The notes under the pieces are model-generated. The model did not search any database. It saw nothing but the letters and a program-made list of their open reading frames with translations, and was not told where the DNA came from. Position numbers and translations under genes: made by a program. From contig JAYWIR010000026.1 in assembly GCA_036172245.1 (NCBI GenBank), forward strand, positions 558,001 to 622,000: DNA of 64,000 nucleotides, given 5' to 3'. The stretch is from Raillietiella orientalis (lineage: Eukaryota). This document shows positions 1 to 12,639 of this stretch, one piece after another (within the stretch, counting starts at the first letter, position 1; each line of letters begins with the position of its first letter).

Positions 1-2909
1 AGTGTCTTACATGATTAGGAACTCAAACCATCACTTCATCAATACTACCTCTCAGACACATTTCATCACTCATCTACTTTACATTCTTCATTATATTCCC
101 CCCCGTCTACACCACCAAAGGGACATGGAGAGGGTGCTGCCTTACTGGATGTTTGGGAAATTGGAGCAGCAAGGGAAAAGGACGAAATTGTTTGCATTTC
201 AGCTTTTACCATCTTGCGAGAGAGGATCGCCGCGATGGAAGATGAAAATGTATTTGTGGGCCCCGTGAACTGGGCAGCAGCACCTACTACTTCAAGGACA
301 GAATTCGAAGGAGGATAGCATCGGAAGCAACTGATTCGAGTGTTCCTTCCAGAGGATCCGCGACTAAATCCGAGTGCGGTTGACCAAGCGCAGCCAGAAG
401 GTATCCGTTTTCTTCGCTCTTATCATTTGCAAGCGGATTTCTGCATGGAGTTTTCTCTCCACTCGTGTAACTACAAGCTTTCACTTTTTTAAGGCATCGC
501 ATATAGTGGGATGCGTTTAAGCCTCTCTAATTCTTGGTTGGCAGTGTATTCTAAGAATGCAATGAGCTCGTTTTATTGCATTCCATTTACACATTCACGC
601 TCATTGATTTGATGACTCCTTTATGAGATGTGAGTGAATTCGGAGACTCATGTGCTGGCCATGCAGACAACTGTAGGATATCCATTTAATCTTCGAGGTG
701 CAAGAGCAGCGTTGATGATAAGAAACATACTGCAGGACACTGTCCGTTTCGTCGATTTGCACATCAAGTCGAGAGGGCAAAACGGGGCACAGCAGTACTC
801 TGCAAATGGGCATTCCTGGTTTCCAAGAGCTGATGGAAAAAACGAGACTTGGTCCAGTTGCGAGAACATACCACAGAATCTTCCGTGTGCCTCCATATCA
901 GCTCTCTCCAACGCCTTCATGGGCACCAAAAACTCATACTCTTTCGCTGAAGAATCTTTTCAAATATAGAAACTCGGAGAAGTTGAAAAAAATGGGTTTA
1001 TGTTTTGCTGAGCTCTGATGCAAACTGCTTCCAAGTCTGACACGTGACGGTAAAAGTGTTGTCGGTAGCCGCTTCTGCTCTATCATTGCCCAAGTCAACG
1101 GGTTGAACACCATCATGGATAAGCCCCGCCGTGGCTGTTCTTTCTAATGATTGCGCGTATCGTCTCCTCTTCGCTTCGCTGCGCTAAACAGGGAAAATCT
1201 AATATTCATTGAACTATTCGTTGTACCTATTAAGTGTTTCGAGACCATTAGTCAAGTCATCCGCAGATACGACTTCGCTTGCGCAAGAGACTGAACCTTC
1301 TTCTATATTGTCTCAAATACTGGTAATCTGAGCATTTGTTAGTATGATGTACACAGTCGTGATGGGTAGGGCAAGAATTTTGGCCACCCGAAAGACTCCA
1401 CACACTTGTCCACAGCACTTTGTTAGATATGATTGCTGTATGCACTTTCTTTTCTGTCAATCTAAAGTTGAACCATATCGAATATCTCGCTGACGTGTCA
1501 GTCGTTTTTTTCTAGAGCTTCTTTTGTATCAGTTAGCTGCATTCATTCCAGAACAGTCACAGATCGTAATCAACTCTATGGTGATATCGTCTCCTGACCA
1601 TGTTTCCTTGATATTTTCGCCGGGTTCAATGTTGTTTGATTTAGCTGCAGCAGCATCTAGCCAGTTCCATTAGTGTTTTTCGTTTTTTACAACTTTTCTC
1701 ATCTTCATAGGTGAGTACTCCTCACTGATCTTGGGATATGGGAAAGTGCATATAGCAGTTTATCATGATCTTCCTTTGGGATCCCCCAAGACTAGAAAAT
1801 ATCTGCGTAGAGACAACTGCCTTCACATGAGTAACGTCTGCAACTTCATAAAACCGAGCTCTGATTATGCAAACCCTCAAGTGTTTCTGCAACCAGACCT
1901 TTCCATGTTCTCATCGGGTGGCAGAGTGCACTGTCCTTTGATGCACCTTTTGACCCAAGTTTCCTCTTCTGGAGAACATCTCGGAGGTCCAGCATTCTAC
2001 ATTGTCCAGTGATTAACAGGCACTGAATACTCTGACCAAATTTGCAGATTTCACTCATTTCATGCATCCTTTCAAAACTCAATGACCGACTTTTTTTTCA
2101 TTTTCTGTGTCATAGGAATCCCATGGACTACACGAGGGGTGACTCGACACAGTCTGTCCCAACCGGGATCAAAATCTCTGAAACTCCGTCCATGCAAAGA
2201 GAGACTATCCTAGTGTAGATTTGGGAAACATCGCAAGACCCCAGAATGCCCAATCAAGTTTGACAGTCCATGTCGTTAAATAGCGTCCTACCAAAGCCAG
2301 TAATGTATCGCGCTCCAATATCGTATCTCTCCGGAAGACACATTACATCAGTATGAGAGCATGCGAGATTTTTGTTCTCTCCAAGATCAGGGCAGCACTG
2401 AGCCAAATTATTGTTCAACAGGCGTCTAATGCAATAGCTGCTGGGTGAGTTCCTGTTGGAGACGGGTGGAACCGTGTTTACGGCTTCCGCAGCTTAATCC
2501 CCCAGATTTAGTAGCTCCTGTTTGATACAGGAAGCCGTTGTGTCTCTTGGACATGTGTTTTACTTTCTTGCGTATGTCTCAGGTGCTCGTGTTATGCTCG
2601 GGAGCGTTAGCCATCGCTACTGTCTTGTCAAAGGGGATTACACCATAGTGCACGGTAATCACCTTCCTCGGTTGCTCTTTGGACTTTGCTTAGCACACAC
2701 CGTCCCTTATTTTCACTTACACATCGCCTTCGTGGATGTTGCCAGTGCTAATCCAATCCCGTCTTCGCATTCGCCCTTACGTTTTTAAAACGAAGGGCCG
2801 AGCTAGATCCACGCCTAGTGCCAGGAATGTTCAACATTTACACAGAAGAAATAAGAAGCTCACCATTCGGTCAATCATCAACTCTAACCCTCTTGCTTTC
2901 AGTGGCCAT

Positions 2910-3782
2910 ACTGATGAACTCCACGCCCATTACAAAGGAAAATTCTCCCATAAACCTTGCGACCACTCTCTATTCGACTCCCTATCCCCCTCCTTAACAT
3001 CAGAGCAATATCAACTTATGCCCCATAACGGCTGATGAAGTTGTCTATGCCCTGAAATTTGCGACCGACTCGACACCCGGAAATGATGGAATTCCATACT
3101 CCGCGTTGAGAAAGGCTGATCCGTCTGGCTCATGCCTTGCGCTGCTCTTTTCTCTGTGTATTAAATACAAACAGATCTCGCCCTCCTGGAAGAATTCCCG
3201 AACCATCTTAATCCCGAAAGCTAGCTGCATCCTCCCCGTCCGACATCTCACAATTCCGGCCCATAGCGATAAGCTGCACCACTGGGAAACTCTTTTGCAA
3301 GATCCTGGCTAGAAGACTCCGCTCCTGGTATAGGAAAATTCATTACTTGGCACCCACCAAAAAGGTTTCCGTACGATGGAGTGCTCGAACAGAATTTTCT
3401 ACTTGCTACGTTGCTTGAGAGAGCAAGAGTCCACCACCATGATCTCTGTATATGCTGGTCGGACTTCAAGGAGGCTTTCTTCTCCATTCCCCACTCTCTG
3501 ATTCTACGATCTTGAAAGCACTTTGGCGTTGGAGATGACTTTACTTGCCTCATCCAGAACCTCTATGAGGACTCATCAACGAAGATGTGTGGCCTCGATC
3601 GTTTATCTGACCCTATCCCTTTGAATGCCGGTGTCAGACAAGGATGTCCTCTCAGTGACCTTTCATTTGACATCGCCATTGAACCACTTATCCAATTTCT
3701 TCTAGCGACCTTTCCCGATATCATTCCCCTAGCCTACACAGATGACATTGCCCCATCTGTTTACTCCTTCGAGGAATTTCAG
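2910..3782 (+). pseudogene. Degenerate RT of an R2-superfamily (NeSL/Utopia-like) non-LTR retrotransposon
   Basis: Frameshifted motifs in order: STPGNDGIPY, WKNSRTILIPK, FRPIAISCTTGKLF, EQNFLL, WSDFKEAFFSIPH, GVRQGCPLS, AYTDDI. Sequence is lost after the YxDD motif. Confidence 0.75.
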
Positions 3783-4309
3783 ATGGACGATGGAAATCCT
3801 TGCGTTCTTCTTTTTCTTCTGACTTTGCTGTTCTTCTTCGCTTTCTTTCAGCTTGTTTTTTTTTTTTTTTTTTTAAGAGTTTTCATTTTTTTTTGGTTCG
3901 CTAGGTACTTCAGAGCTGGTCGCGTGCCTCGCGGCGCACATGACTTTTTTTTAAACATTAAACACACTATTCGGTTTCCACGCCCCTCCGCCCGCGGCAA
4001 CCCGCAGAGGGGCGTGTAATTCTTCAGTGTAATTCTTCAGGATAGGGGACACCCCGGTATGGGGGTCCTCCTTATGAATCCAGGAAGGACTCGGAGTCCG
4101 TTCCTCTCACGCTTGGGGAGGGATCCCCCCGGACGGAGGGGATAGCACCTCCCACCCTAGTTGTCTCCGAAGGGGAACCCCGAAGGAAATCTCCTTCCTC
4201 ATTCTCTCCGGAGGGACACTCCCCCCCCAATGGGGAGGGGCTGTCCTCTCCAAGATAAGACGCAAGTCCTTGCGCTAGATAGCAGGGAGGCACCTCCTTC
4301 GCTGGTCGC

Positions 4310-4854
4310 CTCCCTGCCCCACCTGCTAGTGGACTGCGCTGCCCTCCGGCTCCTGCGGGAACGTTTCTCGACGACCCTCCGGATCCCAGTCGGCAGCCCC
4401 TCAGGGACGTTTTACGGCTTCTCTTTGTGAGGGACTCCTTGAAACCAGCCTCGGCCCTGGCAGCACTTTGCTGCATCCAAGGGATTGTGGCTGCGTGGAG
4501 CGCAGCCAACAGAAGAAGCAGCGAAAGGGACGCCATCGTACACGCAGCTCGCTACCTGCAAATTGCGACCAGATGGTCCCACCTGGAAGGTATGCGCAGG
4601 GACCTCGACGGCATGCTGCAAAGGATGGACCTTCCCCCAGCGGACTGTGATCCCTTCCCGGCCCTCCAAAGTGTTTCTTTTTTTTTGTTTTTCTTTTTCT
4701 TTTTATTTTTGTCTCTGCCACCCATCCCCCTCCGCTGGCAAGCCAGACTTCGTACCGGCGACCCGGCAGGTCCCGAGATGTATTGGCCGTAGTGAAGCTT
4801 CGTACCACGAATGTCCAGCAGTTTGAATGAACGCCCCTGCGTGACCGGGTGACA
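4310..4854 (+). mobile_element. Isolated 3' fragment of the L1/Tx1-like family (ORF2 C-terminus and 3'UTR)
   Basis: LPHLLVDCAALR...ALAALCCIQGIVAAWS...RWSHL; U-rich UTR similar to C/I; terminal motif AATGAACGCCCCTGCGTGACCGGGTGACA at 4826-4854. Confidence 0.9.
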
Positions 4855-4907
4855 CTCCCTAGTGTCCAATGAGAGGCGTGCTCTGCAAAGCAGTCCCAAT
4901 GCAGTGC
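4855..4907 (-). mobile_element. Short antisense remnant of a same-family host element (LHWGLPCNARRxHWT region)
   Basis: Reverse complement reads ALHWDCFAEHASHWTLG, a decayed match to LHWGLPCNARRSHWTRG in the cluster copies. Confidence 0.6.
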
Positions 4908-7030
4908 ATTTTAGCGCAAGCTACTGCTGCTGACTTATCTCACATTTTATACCTTTTTAATTTGATTTATAATTCTTATCCCTACCCGTCGTATAGTGAT
5001 GACGACTAAACACGTTAGAGGCAGACGCGGGAAAGCGTCAGCGAAGATTCACGAAGAGAAGTTTCGACTAAGAATTGGTAATGAAGTGAAGCAAGAATAT
5101 AACTCCATCCTTGCTCAGTTCGCCGACATTGATTTGGCTGTTACGGAATAAGTAAGTATTACGTCACCGAAAACCCGTTGTCCCAACGTGATGGAGACCA
5201 CTTTACTTCCTTTTTCTTTTTGGGTGCGTCAAACACTCAAGGATCATTGTTTCCATGCATAAAAGATCCCAAAGTGGCACAAAGAACCACCACATATCAC
5301 AAAATTGCGTTGCGTTCTGGAAGGTTCCCGATTTCCGTTTCCAGGTCGATGGGTCACGCAGCTGCAGACGCGAGAGCGTACTGCTGTCTATGCACACGAC
5401 AAACCCGGAGTCGTCGCAGTGATCTCGCGGAGAAACTCGAAAATTCACGACCTCGCTCCCCTTTACGGTGAGCCCGTGGCACTGGTGCCGGTACCGTGCG
5501 ACCGCCTACCTATCCGAGTCTCTCGCAGGCCCGCTGACATAAGAGGACTTTAGGGACAGTTGAGACGTTAAAGTCCTGAGTGAATCCTTCTCTGGTCAGA
5601 AAGACCAAGTTTTTCACGGAACTCATGAAGGTAGGAAGCACGTCCACCACACGTCCTACGTACCACGAGATGATGTGAAAACGCTTCACGGTTGAGGCGC
5701 TGCATCCTCCAACAGCCCTATTAGTGGCTGCCGCCACCCACGGTTCTGCGTCATTCGTCACCAAGCATTCCCGCTGGTCCTAGACATATGGCAAAGAGAC
5801 AGAACAAGGTTATTCCTTGGTAGCTCCGCTTTCCGATGATCCGACTTCGACTTTGTTCACATTCTTTCTGTAGGTGGTCTCACATTCAATGCGCTTCTTT
5901 CTTCTCCCTCAACTGCAGAGCACGGCGCAGCCTTTCTGCGTACCAGCGGCCTGGCAGGTCCGTCGCGGAATCGCGTACTTCACCTGCAAAGTGTCGTTTC
6001 TCGAGTTAATGCCACGGTGTGAACGGGTAGCAAATCACTGTGCCGCTTGCCAGTGCGCTGGTGCCCTCCGGCAAAAATCGAGTCAAGTTGTGATGAGCCA
6101 CTGCCGGACGAAACGTGCATGGAAGGGAAAAGCGAGAGCCGTGTGTGGAGCCTGCATTGGGCGACGGATTGACGAGACTGCCCAAGCTGAACGTTAGAAG
6201 AGAAAGCGCAGGAAGGCCAGTGGCAGTCTTGTTAGACAAGATTTGCCCTTATCGTTGTCCCTACTTTGGCGTCCCTGTTTTGCGGAAAATAAGAGGAGGA
6301 CGAAAATGAGCAATTGCAGTTTCCTGCAAAGGAAGAAACCTGAGAGAGGGCATCCTCGTCGTGGATGCGTCCACAGTGGCTCATGCTGCCGCCTTGACAG
6401 CGGTAGGAGCGGTATGCCTCCTCCAGCGGGAGAGGATGAGGAAGTCGCTGCACACTGCAGAGAAGGTAAGGTTTTCCTTCTCCCGCTCCTTGCGCACGTG
6501 TTCGAGATCAACGTAGAAAGTGTAAGGACTGTGCTATTCGCCACCGCTGCTCTCGCAGTCGTCACGGGAGGAGGGGCAGTAATCCCGCGGGTGTCATTCA
6601 CGCCCGTGACGCCACCCTCGGTGGGTCATTGCCTCGAACCGGAGGCGGTGAGGGGAAGGAAGGGGTCTTTCTCGTTTTCACTGGCTCTATTGCCCCCGGG
6701 AGACACTACTCGACCTGTTTCGTGCTTTAATTGGTCTCGTAGCTCGGTCGCCTGAGGCCCTCTGAGCACCGTCGCCGTTTCCTCGAACGTAAGCTCGCGC
6801 GCGTTGTCTCTGCGTGGAAAACGCTTTACCGCTGTCGCGGATGGGAACGGCAGGAGTCCGGTGACGGACGTCCGTCCGTGTCCTTCCAGAAGCTCTTCCG
6901 GCGTAGTGAGGAAGCAACGCGAGCGTATAGCGGAAAGGCACATGCTGACCTCTCAGCCGAGTATCTGGTGGACAGAGAACCGATGTGGTCGCCAGGCAGC
7001 GCAGCGCCAGTGAAGAGGAATTCCAAGCAA

Positions 7031-7150
7031 GAAGACCCGATTCCTGAGATCCCGAAGGCAAACGATCCGTTGCCTGAAATCCCGTACAATTGAGACCTGG
7101 TGCCTGAGATGCCGGAAGAAGAACAGCACGTGTCTAGGATGCCGGAAGGC
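7031..7150 (+). repeat. Four degenerate 30-bp tandem units encoding 10-aa repeats
   Basis: EDPIPEIPKA / NDPLPEIPYN / *DLVPEMPEE / EQHVSRMPEG in one frame. Confidence 0.75.
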
Positions 7151-9380
7151 GAGCAGGATGCGGACGTCAACGGTGGATTTTTGGCCATCGCTGCCGAATG
7201 CTGCCCTTCGCATTACTGCGCTGTCTTCTGACTTCATCGTTGAAGGAGGACGCAGACGCTGGGCTCACAAAATCAGACGATCCCGGGAGCAGAAACGCTT
7301 CTACGCCCACACCACCAGTAAGTCGGTGGTAATCCGTGCCGCGGAGGGCTCCCCAGGAAGGCAGAGGCGCTCTTCCTGATTAAAAAGGATGCCACCAGGA
7401 CGGTGCGTGGAATCACCACCAACTGCGCCCTGGGAAGCTAAAGAATGACAGCAGAGATATCCAAAAACCGCGATCCTCTGTGCTACGTTTACAGGATTGC
7501 ACCAGCGTGCTTCCAGAGGCTGCACAAGATGTTTCTCTAACCCTGAACTTCCCGGTGCGTTTCCAGGGACCGGGGTCTTAGAAACGAAAGGGAAGGAGGA
7601 GGAACTGGAAGTAAAAGACGAGAAGTAACGAATGGAAGAAAACAAATGCCCTGCATAACTGGTCACAGATGAGCCAGATCCTAATGGGCGCTGCCGTGTC
7701 TTGAGCCTCGCGGGCGTGAGTGCTGAAAGGCGGGATTGCACTCCGCATCCCGCCTTTCAGTCTTCGGAGCAGCGCGATTTCTTTGGTGATCACTCTCCAG
7801 TAAGGCACTCGCGTGTTGTGTTGCGTCCACGCCCATAGCACATCAGCACCATGACGAGGGCGCCCTTGCGGGAGCGGACTGCTCTAACAACCTTTTCACA
7901 CTGGCAGCCTAGCCTTTCTCTTCCTGGTGTGGAGCACAAGAAGGATCCGACGAGAAGGCATTCCAGAATAAACTTTCGTTCCGATGACCATCCCAGAGTG
8001 ACGGTGTCTTGGCCGGACTCAGTCCGACGATGGCAGTCGTAGAGGCGCTGTTTCCAGGCAGCAGGATGCGCGCGATAAGAAAGGTACTGCTCAAAAAATG
8101 CGGATGAGGTCGGAAGAGGAGTAATCGCGGAATCACAGTCGTGCGCGCGCTCGTGTTGGCGGCAGATGCGGTCAAGGAGGTCCTCTCCGGCATCTTGACG
8201 AGCACGCCGTCGAGAGTCTTCATCAGCATGGGAAGGATGTTTACCATTACTGTGATGTCATCCGCATAAGCTTGGGAAGTAACATAGGAGCATTCAACTC
8301 CTACTTTACCGACATTTTGGATATCGCCATTCTGTTCCTATCCAGCCTTCCATTTATCAGTATTAAATCTTTACCCCCCTAACTGACAGTGACTATTTAC
8401 TGCACCCTGGTGGTGAACACTGGAGATGGTTCACAACCAGCTGTTGAGCTATAGTGGGCTCATGGCTGTGGAGTGTGGGGATAGAGTATCTCCAAGATGT
8501 AGCCGAGCGCCACAACAAGGAAATGCATTCCCTCAACGGAAATATCAATTTTTCCGTAGTAAGGCAGCTATAGGAACAGGGGATACAGGACCTGCTGTGG
8601 TTTGGGGATCGGTTACGACCAACGTCACAGCATGGCCGAGTAATCCCCAGTTAGGAGGCAGCTACTATCATTGCCGAAATGACGAATAGGCATCGGGTAC
8701 CTAACATCTTAAACCCGCGACTAGGCACCCAGGTATGGATGTACCCCAGCCAGATAGCTGCCCTTTTATCATTAGTATGCCCCTGCTATACCTTGCAAAG
8801 CGGCTTCTGTGTCTAGACGCTCTGGTAGGAGATGGAAGCGAATACCTCTCGTGTTGGTACGAGACGGGAAGCCAACACTTCTAACAAACGAGATCATCAG
8901 TTACCGCCATTTGCACCAGCACCTAGGCCAGATCCAAGCACTGTGAGCACATGCAACACTTGGAGAAATCCTAATGATTAACCTATCTCAGATCTTTATC
9001 GAGTTCTCCGAGCCCCAGACTTTAAACCTTATTATAGGCATTAATCTACGTTTGGGCTCTGTCCATGGCAACCGATTGACACCGAACTCGTACTCCTATC
9101 TATACCTGGAGACCAGTGGTGAATGTCTATACTCTTATGACCATGATAGGTCAGATATGACCAATGTTATATGCATATTAAATGATGTCGTTCCTAATGT
9201 TTGACATCGAGGAATCATAGAAGCTAACGCCTGAGCACGTTTTCTCCTTCAGGCCATATATTCCTTATGTTATCAATGTGCAAACAATCCTTGGGTCCAC
9301 ATCACGGAGGATGGCTGGACAATAGCTTCACGGCGAGGAAGGGATCTTAATTCCTACGCTGGAGTGTTACCACTAATATT

Positions 9381-10190
9381 TTGAACAGTATGGACTTCAC
9401 AGCAACACCTGCACTAGTCTGCAATGTTAATTTAACGGCGAAAGTTGTGAGCAATATATTTACATGGGCCATTCCTCGGTGCAAAGCTCAGGTGCTCACA
9501 CAAATAGGAAATCTCCTCTACATTCAAGCTTTTGTACCTTCCGCAAAACGAGGACAAATAACACCTACCAAAGCAAATAACATAAACTAAAATATGATTG
9601 ATGAGGGGTATCCAATTCCGTCACTGTCACCAGATTATGTAGAAAAGCTATATATGCAACTGGGGCACTCTGTAGATGAGACAAATGCTAATGATATCTT
9701 CACAACATGGTCTAGCAATGCACGTGACTTTTCTCTAGGGATACGTGTTACATTGAATCGTACTGTGAGATCTAGGCTAACTAAACTAGTAGTTATGCAC
9801 AAAGCCAATTCTGATTTGAATTAGGATGCCATTGCCGTTCTTTTCCCTAAAGAGTAGAATGACATTTGTGTAGCTCTAGCAACCGGAAACAACAGTGCTT
9901 ATTATGGATTTTCTAAAGAGTAAAGGAACGTTACACCCACCCTAAACAAGAACATTGCTCATGTTGCCAAGGAGATACTGCGTTTATACGTAGGACCATC
10001 ATATCCGACTATAGATGAGTATCAAGGATGGACCACAAGTCCACGACATCGAAAGGTTATCGATGTAATGCTTGCTCCGTACGACACAACAGGTGTCAAC
10101 TTACAAGATGTGCCTCAATCAGCCAGGAATGTAGTCGGACGGCTTGGGACTTTGTGCTCAAGTTCCGACAGAACTTATCGCCATTTTTAA
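9381..10190 (+). pseudogene. Endogenous viral element: chuvirus-like (Jingchuvirales) nucleoprotein
   Basis: One frame read through four stops: ...IRVTLNRTVRSRLT...SDLN*DAIAVLFPKE*NDICVALATGNNSAYYGFSKE*RNVTPTLNKNIAHVAKEIL...EYQGWTTSPRHRKVIDVML. This matches my recollection of the chuviral N core; two TAG stops fall at expected Trp positions. May extend upstream to ~8.7 kb. Confidence 0.7.
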
Positions 10191-10543
10191 CATTGCTATT
10201 CAACTATGTCCTCAGAAATGGTTGAATGGCGACCTCGAACAAGTGGCCATTCAACGGCTTCAACGGAACGATCCTTTTAAGGTATTAAAAATTAGTTCAC
10301 TCAGGGAACAATCTTGGAGAGCATCTGCAGAATACGAAATTGAATCAGTTGAGCTTCTTTACTAACGCTGAAAGTAGAGGAATTGGAACAAAGATCAGTG
10401 TATTTGAGTACATGTGCATATGAGCTGTTGGTAGCGGGCGTATAGACGAGGCTTGGATGTTTATGGAGAGCTGAGAATTTCGAAAAGTTTTCTTCAGGAA
10501 GGAGAGAGGAGAGTTCTACTGATAATGGTTCGAAAGCCTCTTC

Positions 10544-11113
10544 TTAAGTTTCAAAAATCCTTATTGCTCCGATAAGTTCATAAGAGGGATCAGTTTTATA
10601 GTCACCAGTCATTGCCTCTGAAGGCTGATCAATTGGATGAGATGGAAGAGACAGTTCAGGAGAGGGGCCACCAACTACTATCAACCCTCTGTCATGAGCA
10701 TCGATGGGCTCCGTGACAGATCTCCCGAATAGCTCATAACAGGTTGCCATCTTTGGTCTTTTAAAGTGCATACTCAACCTATGGTTTTTGCGCAGTTGTT
10801 TGTGCTCGACGTTGGAATCGCGCTGATCCCATTTATCACTGAGGTATAGCAGTGGGACAGACAGAAGCGTGGATCCTTTCATTCCTGTGCAAGAGTGGGC
10901 AGGCGTAGAAAAGGAAGGCACTTTGACGCTGAAATAGCACGTTGTGCAAAAATAAAAGCATTGTGTGGAAAACACTGCAGGTATTCTGCTTAAATGTTGT
11001 TTTGCGTTCCTCCATCTATTATGGTCATCGTCTGCAGTGGAGGCGAATTTATAACTCTTTATGGCACAAGGATGGGGACGAGGAAGAACACGGGAGAAGC
11101 GTACCTCCTTCAT
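10544..11113 (-). pseudogene. Cys/His-containing ORF, possibly the N-terminal zinc-finger region of an R2/NeSL-like element
   Basis: 189-aa ORF containing FCTTCYFSV...TPAHSC; no RT seen downstream. Confidence 0.3.
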
Positions 11114-11894
11114 ATCATGGATAATGTGCCTCTTACATTATAAGCAGTCATTTTGTTTATTGTATGAATTGCAAAACACGAGGTTCTGTTTCTGAACAAC
11201 AAGAGAGATATGCAACGAATGAGTTATTGGGTTACAGACCAAAAGGCTTTGCATTGAATACGCTATGAGATGGAAAAGCCACCAAATGATCACAATGAGT
11301 AGAGAAAGAAATCAACCCTCACAACCCATGCATGGTAAAGTATTTTACGTATGTAAATCTATTTCAAGGATTCTAAAAATAAAAACAAAAACGAGGACAA
11401 GAACCACTCTATGCATGCCCCCCCCCCCCCGCCTCTCAAAAAAAAAAAAAAAAAGTCAATCTAAGAAATGCTCGAACACCAAGTAAGATGAGTGACGTCA
11501 CTATCGCTGACGTTTAATCAATATCATATGCATCTCATATAGAAAGACAGATGGCGCCACCGCAATTTTCTCAGAAATCTCAAATAAAACATTTCAGCCG
11601 AAATTGTAGGCACGAAATTTTGGGTTTGAGGATGTTGCAGCACCTTGTGAACATATCTTCTACGTACAGTACAAAATTCCCACTATTTGGAAAATAATGG
11701 GATTTAGGAATTAGTAATTCAGTCCTTCTGCAGATGGCACTGATTATTTTGGATTTAATTATTTTGAATTGAATTTATGTATTAAAACACGAATTATTAA
11801 TCAAATATCAGATCACAAAAAGTCACAAACTGGTACTTTTCCACCTATAGTAAATTTTATACGATGCGAATGACAAAAGTAGAAATTTCAAACA

Positions 11895-12390
11895 AACCCT
11901 AGTTGTGAATGACGTCACACCTCATCAAACGAGTTATTTCAAAAGCACAAGAGATCGATTGAACAAATGACTTAATGACCAATTACAATTATGATGTTCT
12001 GACTCTAAATAAGACGAAAAGTTAATGAAACACCAGAAATCACATGCAAAGAATAGAATTGGCGATTTGAACGAAATAGCACAACCTCGTTGAGAGTGAC
12101 GTCACACCTCACCGATCGAATGAACTCCACGACGGAGCTGTTCAAAAAGTTCCATAATTATTGCAAATTGCAATTTCGAAGTGTAAGTTCAAATAGAAAA
12201 AAAAAACAGTGGAATGCATGCGACCACAGAGACTGAACGATAGGAAAGCTCACAAGAAATGGAACTTAGTTGTGTGACGTCACAGAACAGCGATCAATAT
12301 GTTTCGAACAAAGTGTTCCAAAAGATCTTTAAGTATAAGAAATTTCCAATTTTGATGTTTTAGGTCCAAATAGCGTCAAAAGTTTGTGGA
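11895..12390. repeat. Degenerate ~180-bp AT-rich tandem repeat (about 2.7 units)
   Basis: TGACGTCAC cores at 11910, 12097 and 12275 (spacing 187 and 178), each followed by a similar AATTnCAATT..GA(A)TGT..AAATA block; a further TGACGTCAC at 11493. Confidence 0.65.
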
Positions 12391-12639
12391 ACAACTTAAA
12401 TCCGTACCATTTTCGAATGGACGATGGGAAAATGCATCTTACCTCCTAAAGACGGCAGAGTCAACACCCGATACCATAATTGATGGAAATGATTATTTTA
12501 TAGGATACGTCAGCAAGTTTTCAAGAACAGAACGCAAATACCCTCAATCAAGGAAAAAGGCACCAAATTCAATTCACCAACTCAATGAATCGGACCAAAA
12601 GCGGAAGAAAAGAGGGAACTTTTATGCCCTACGCGGAGG

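Noticed and set aside
130..2800. Possible decayed coding sequence in the first 2.8 kb
   Set aside because: Only short ORFs with no motif I could assign.
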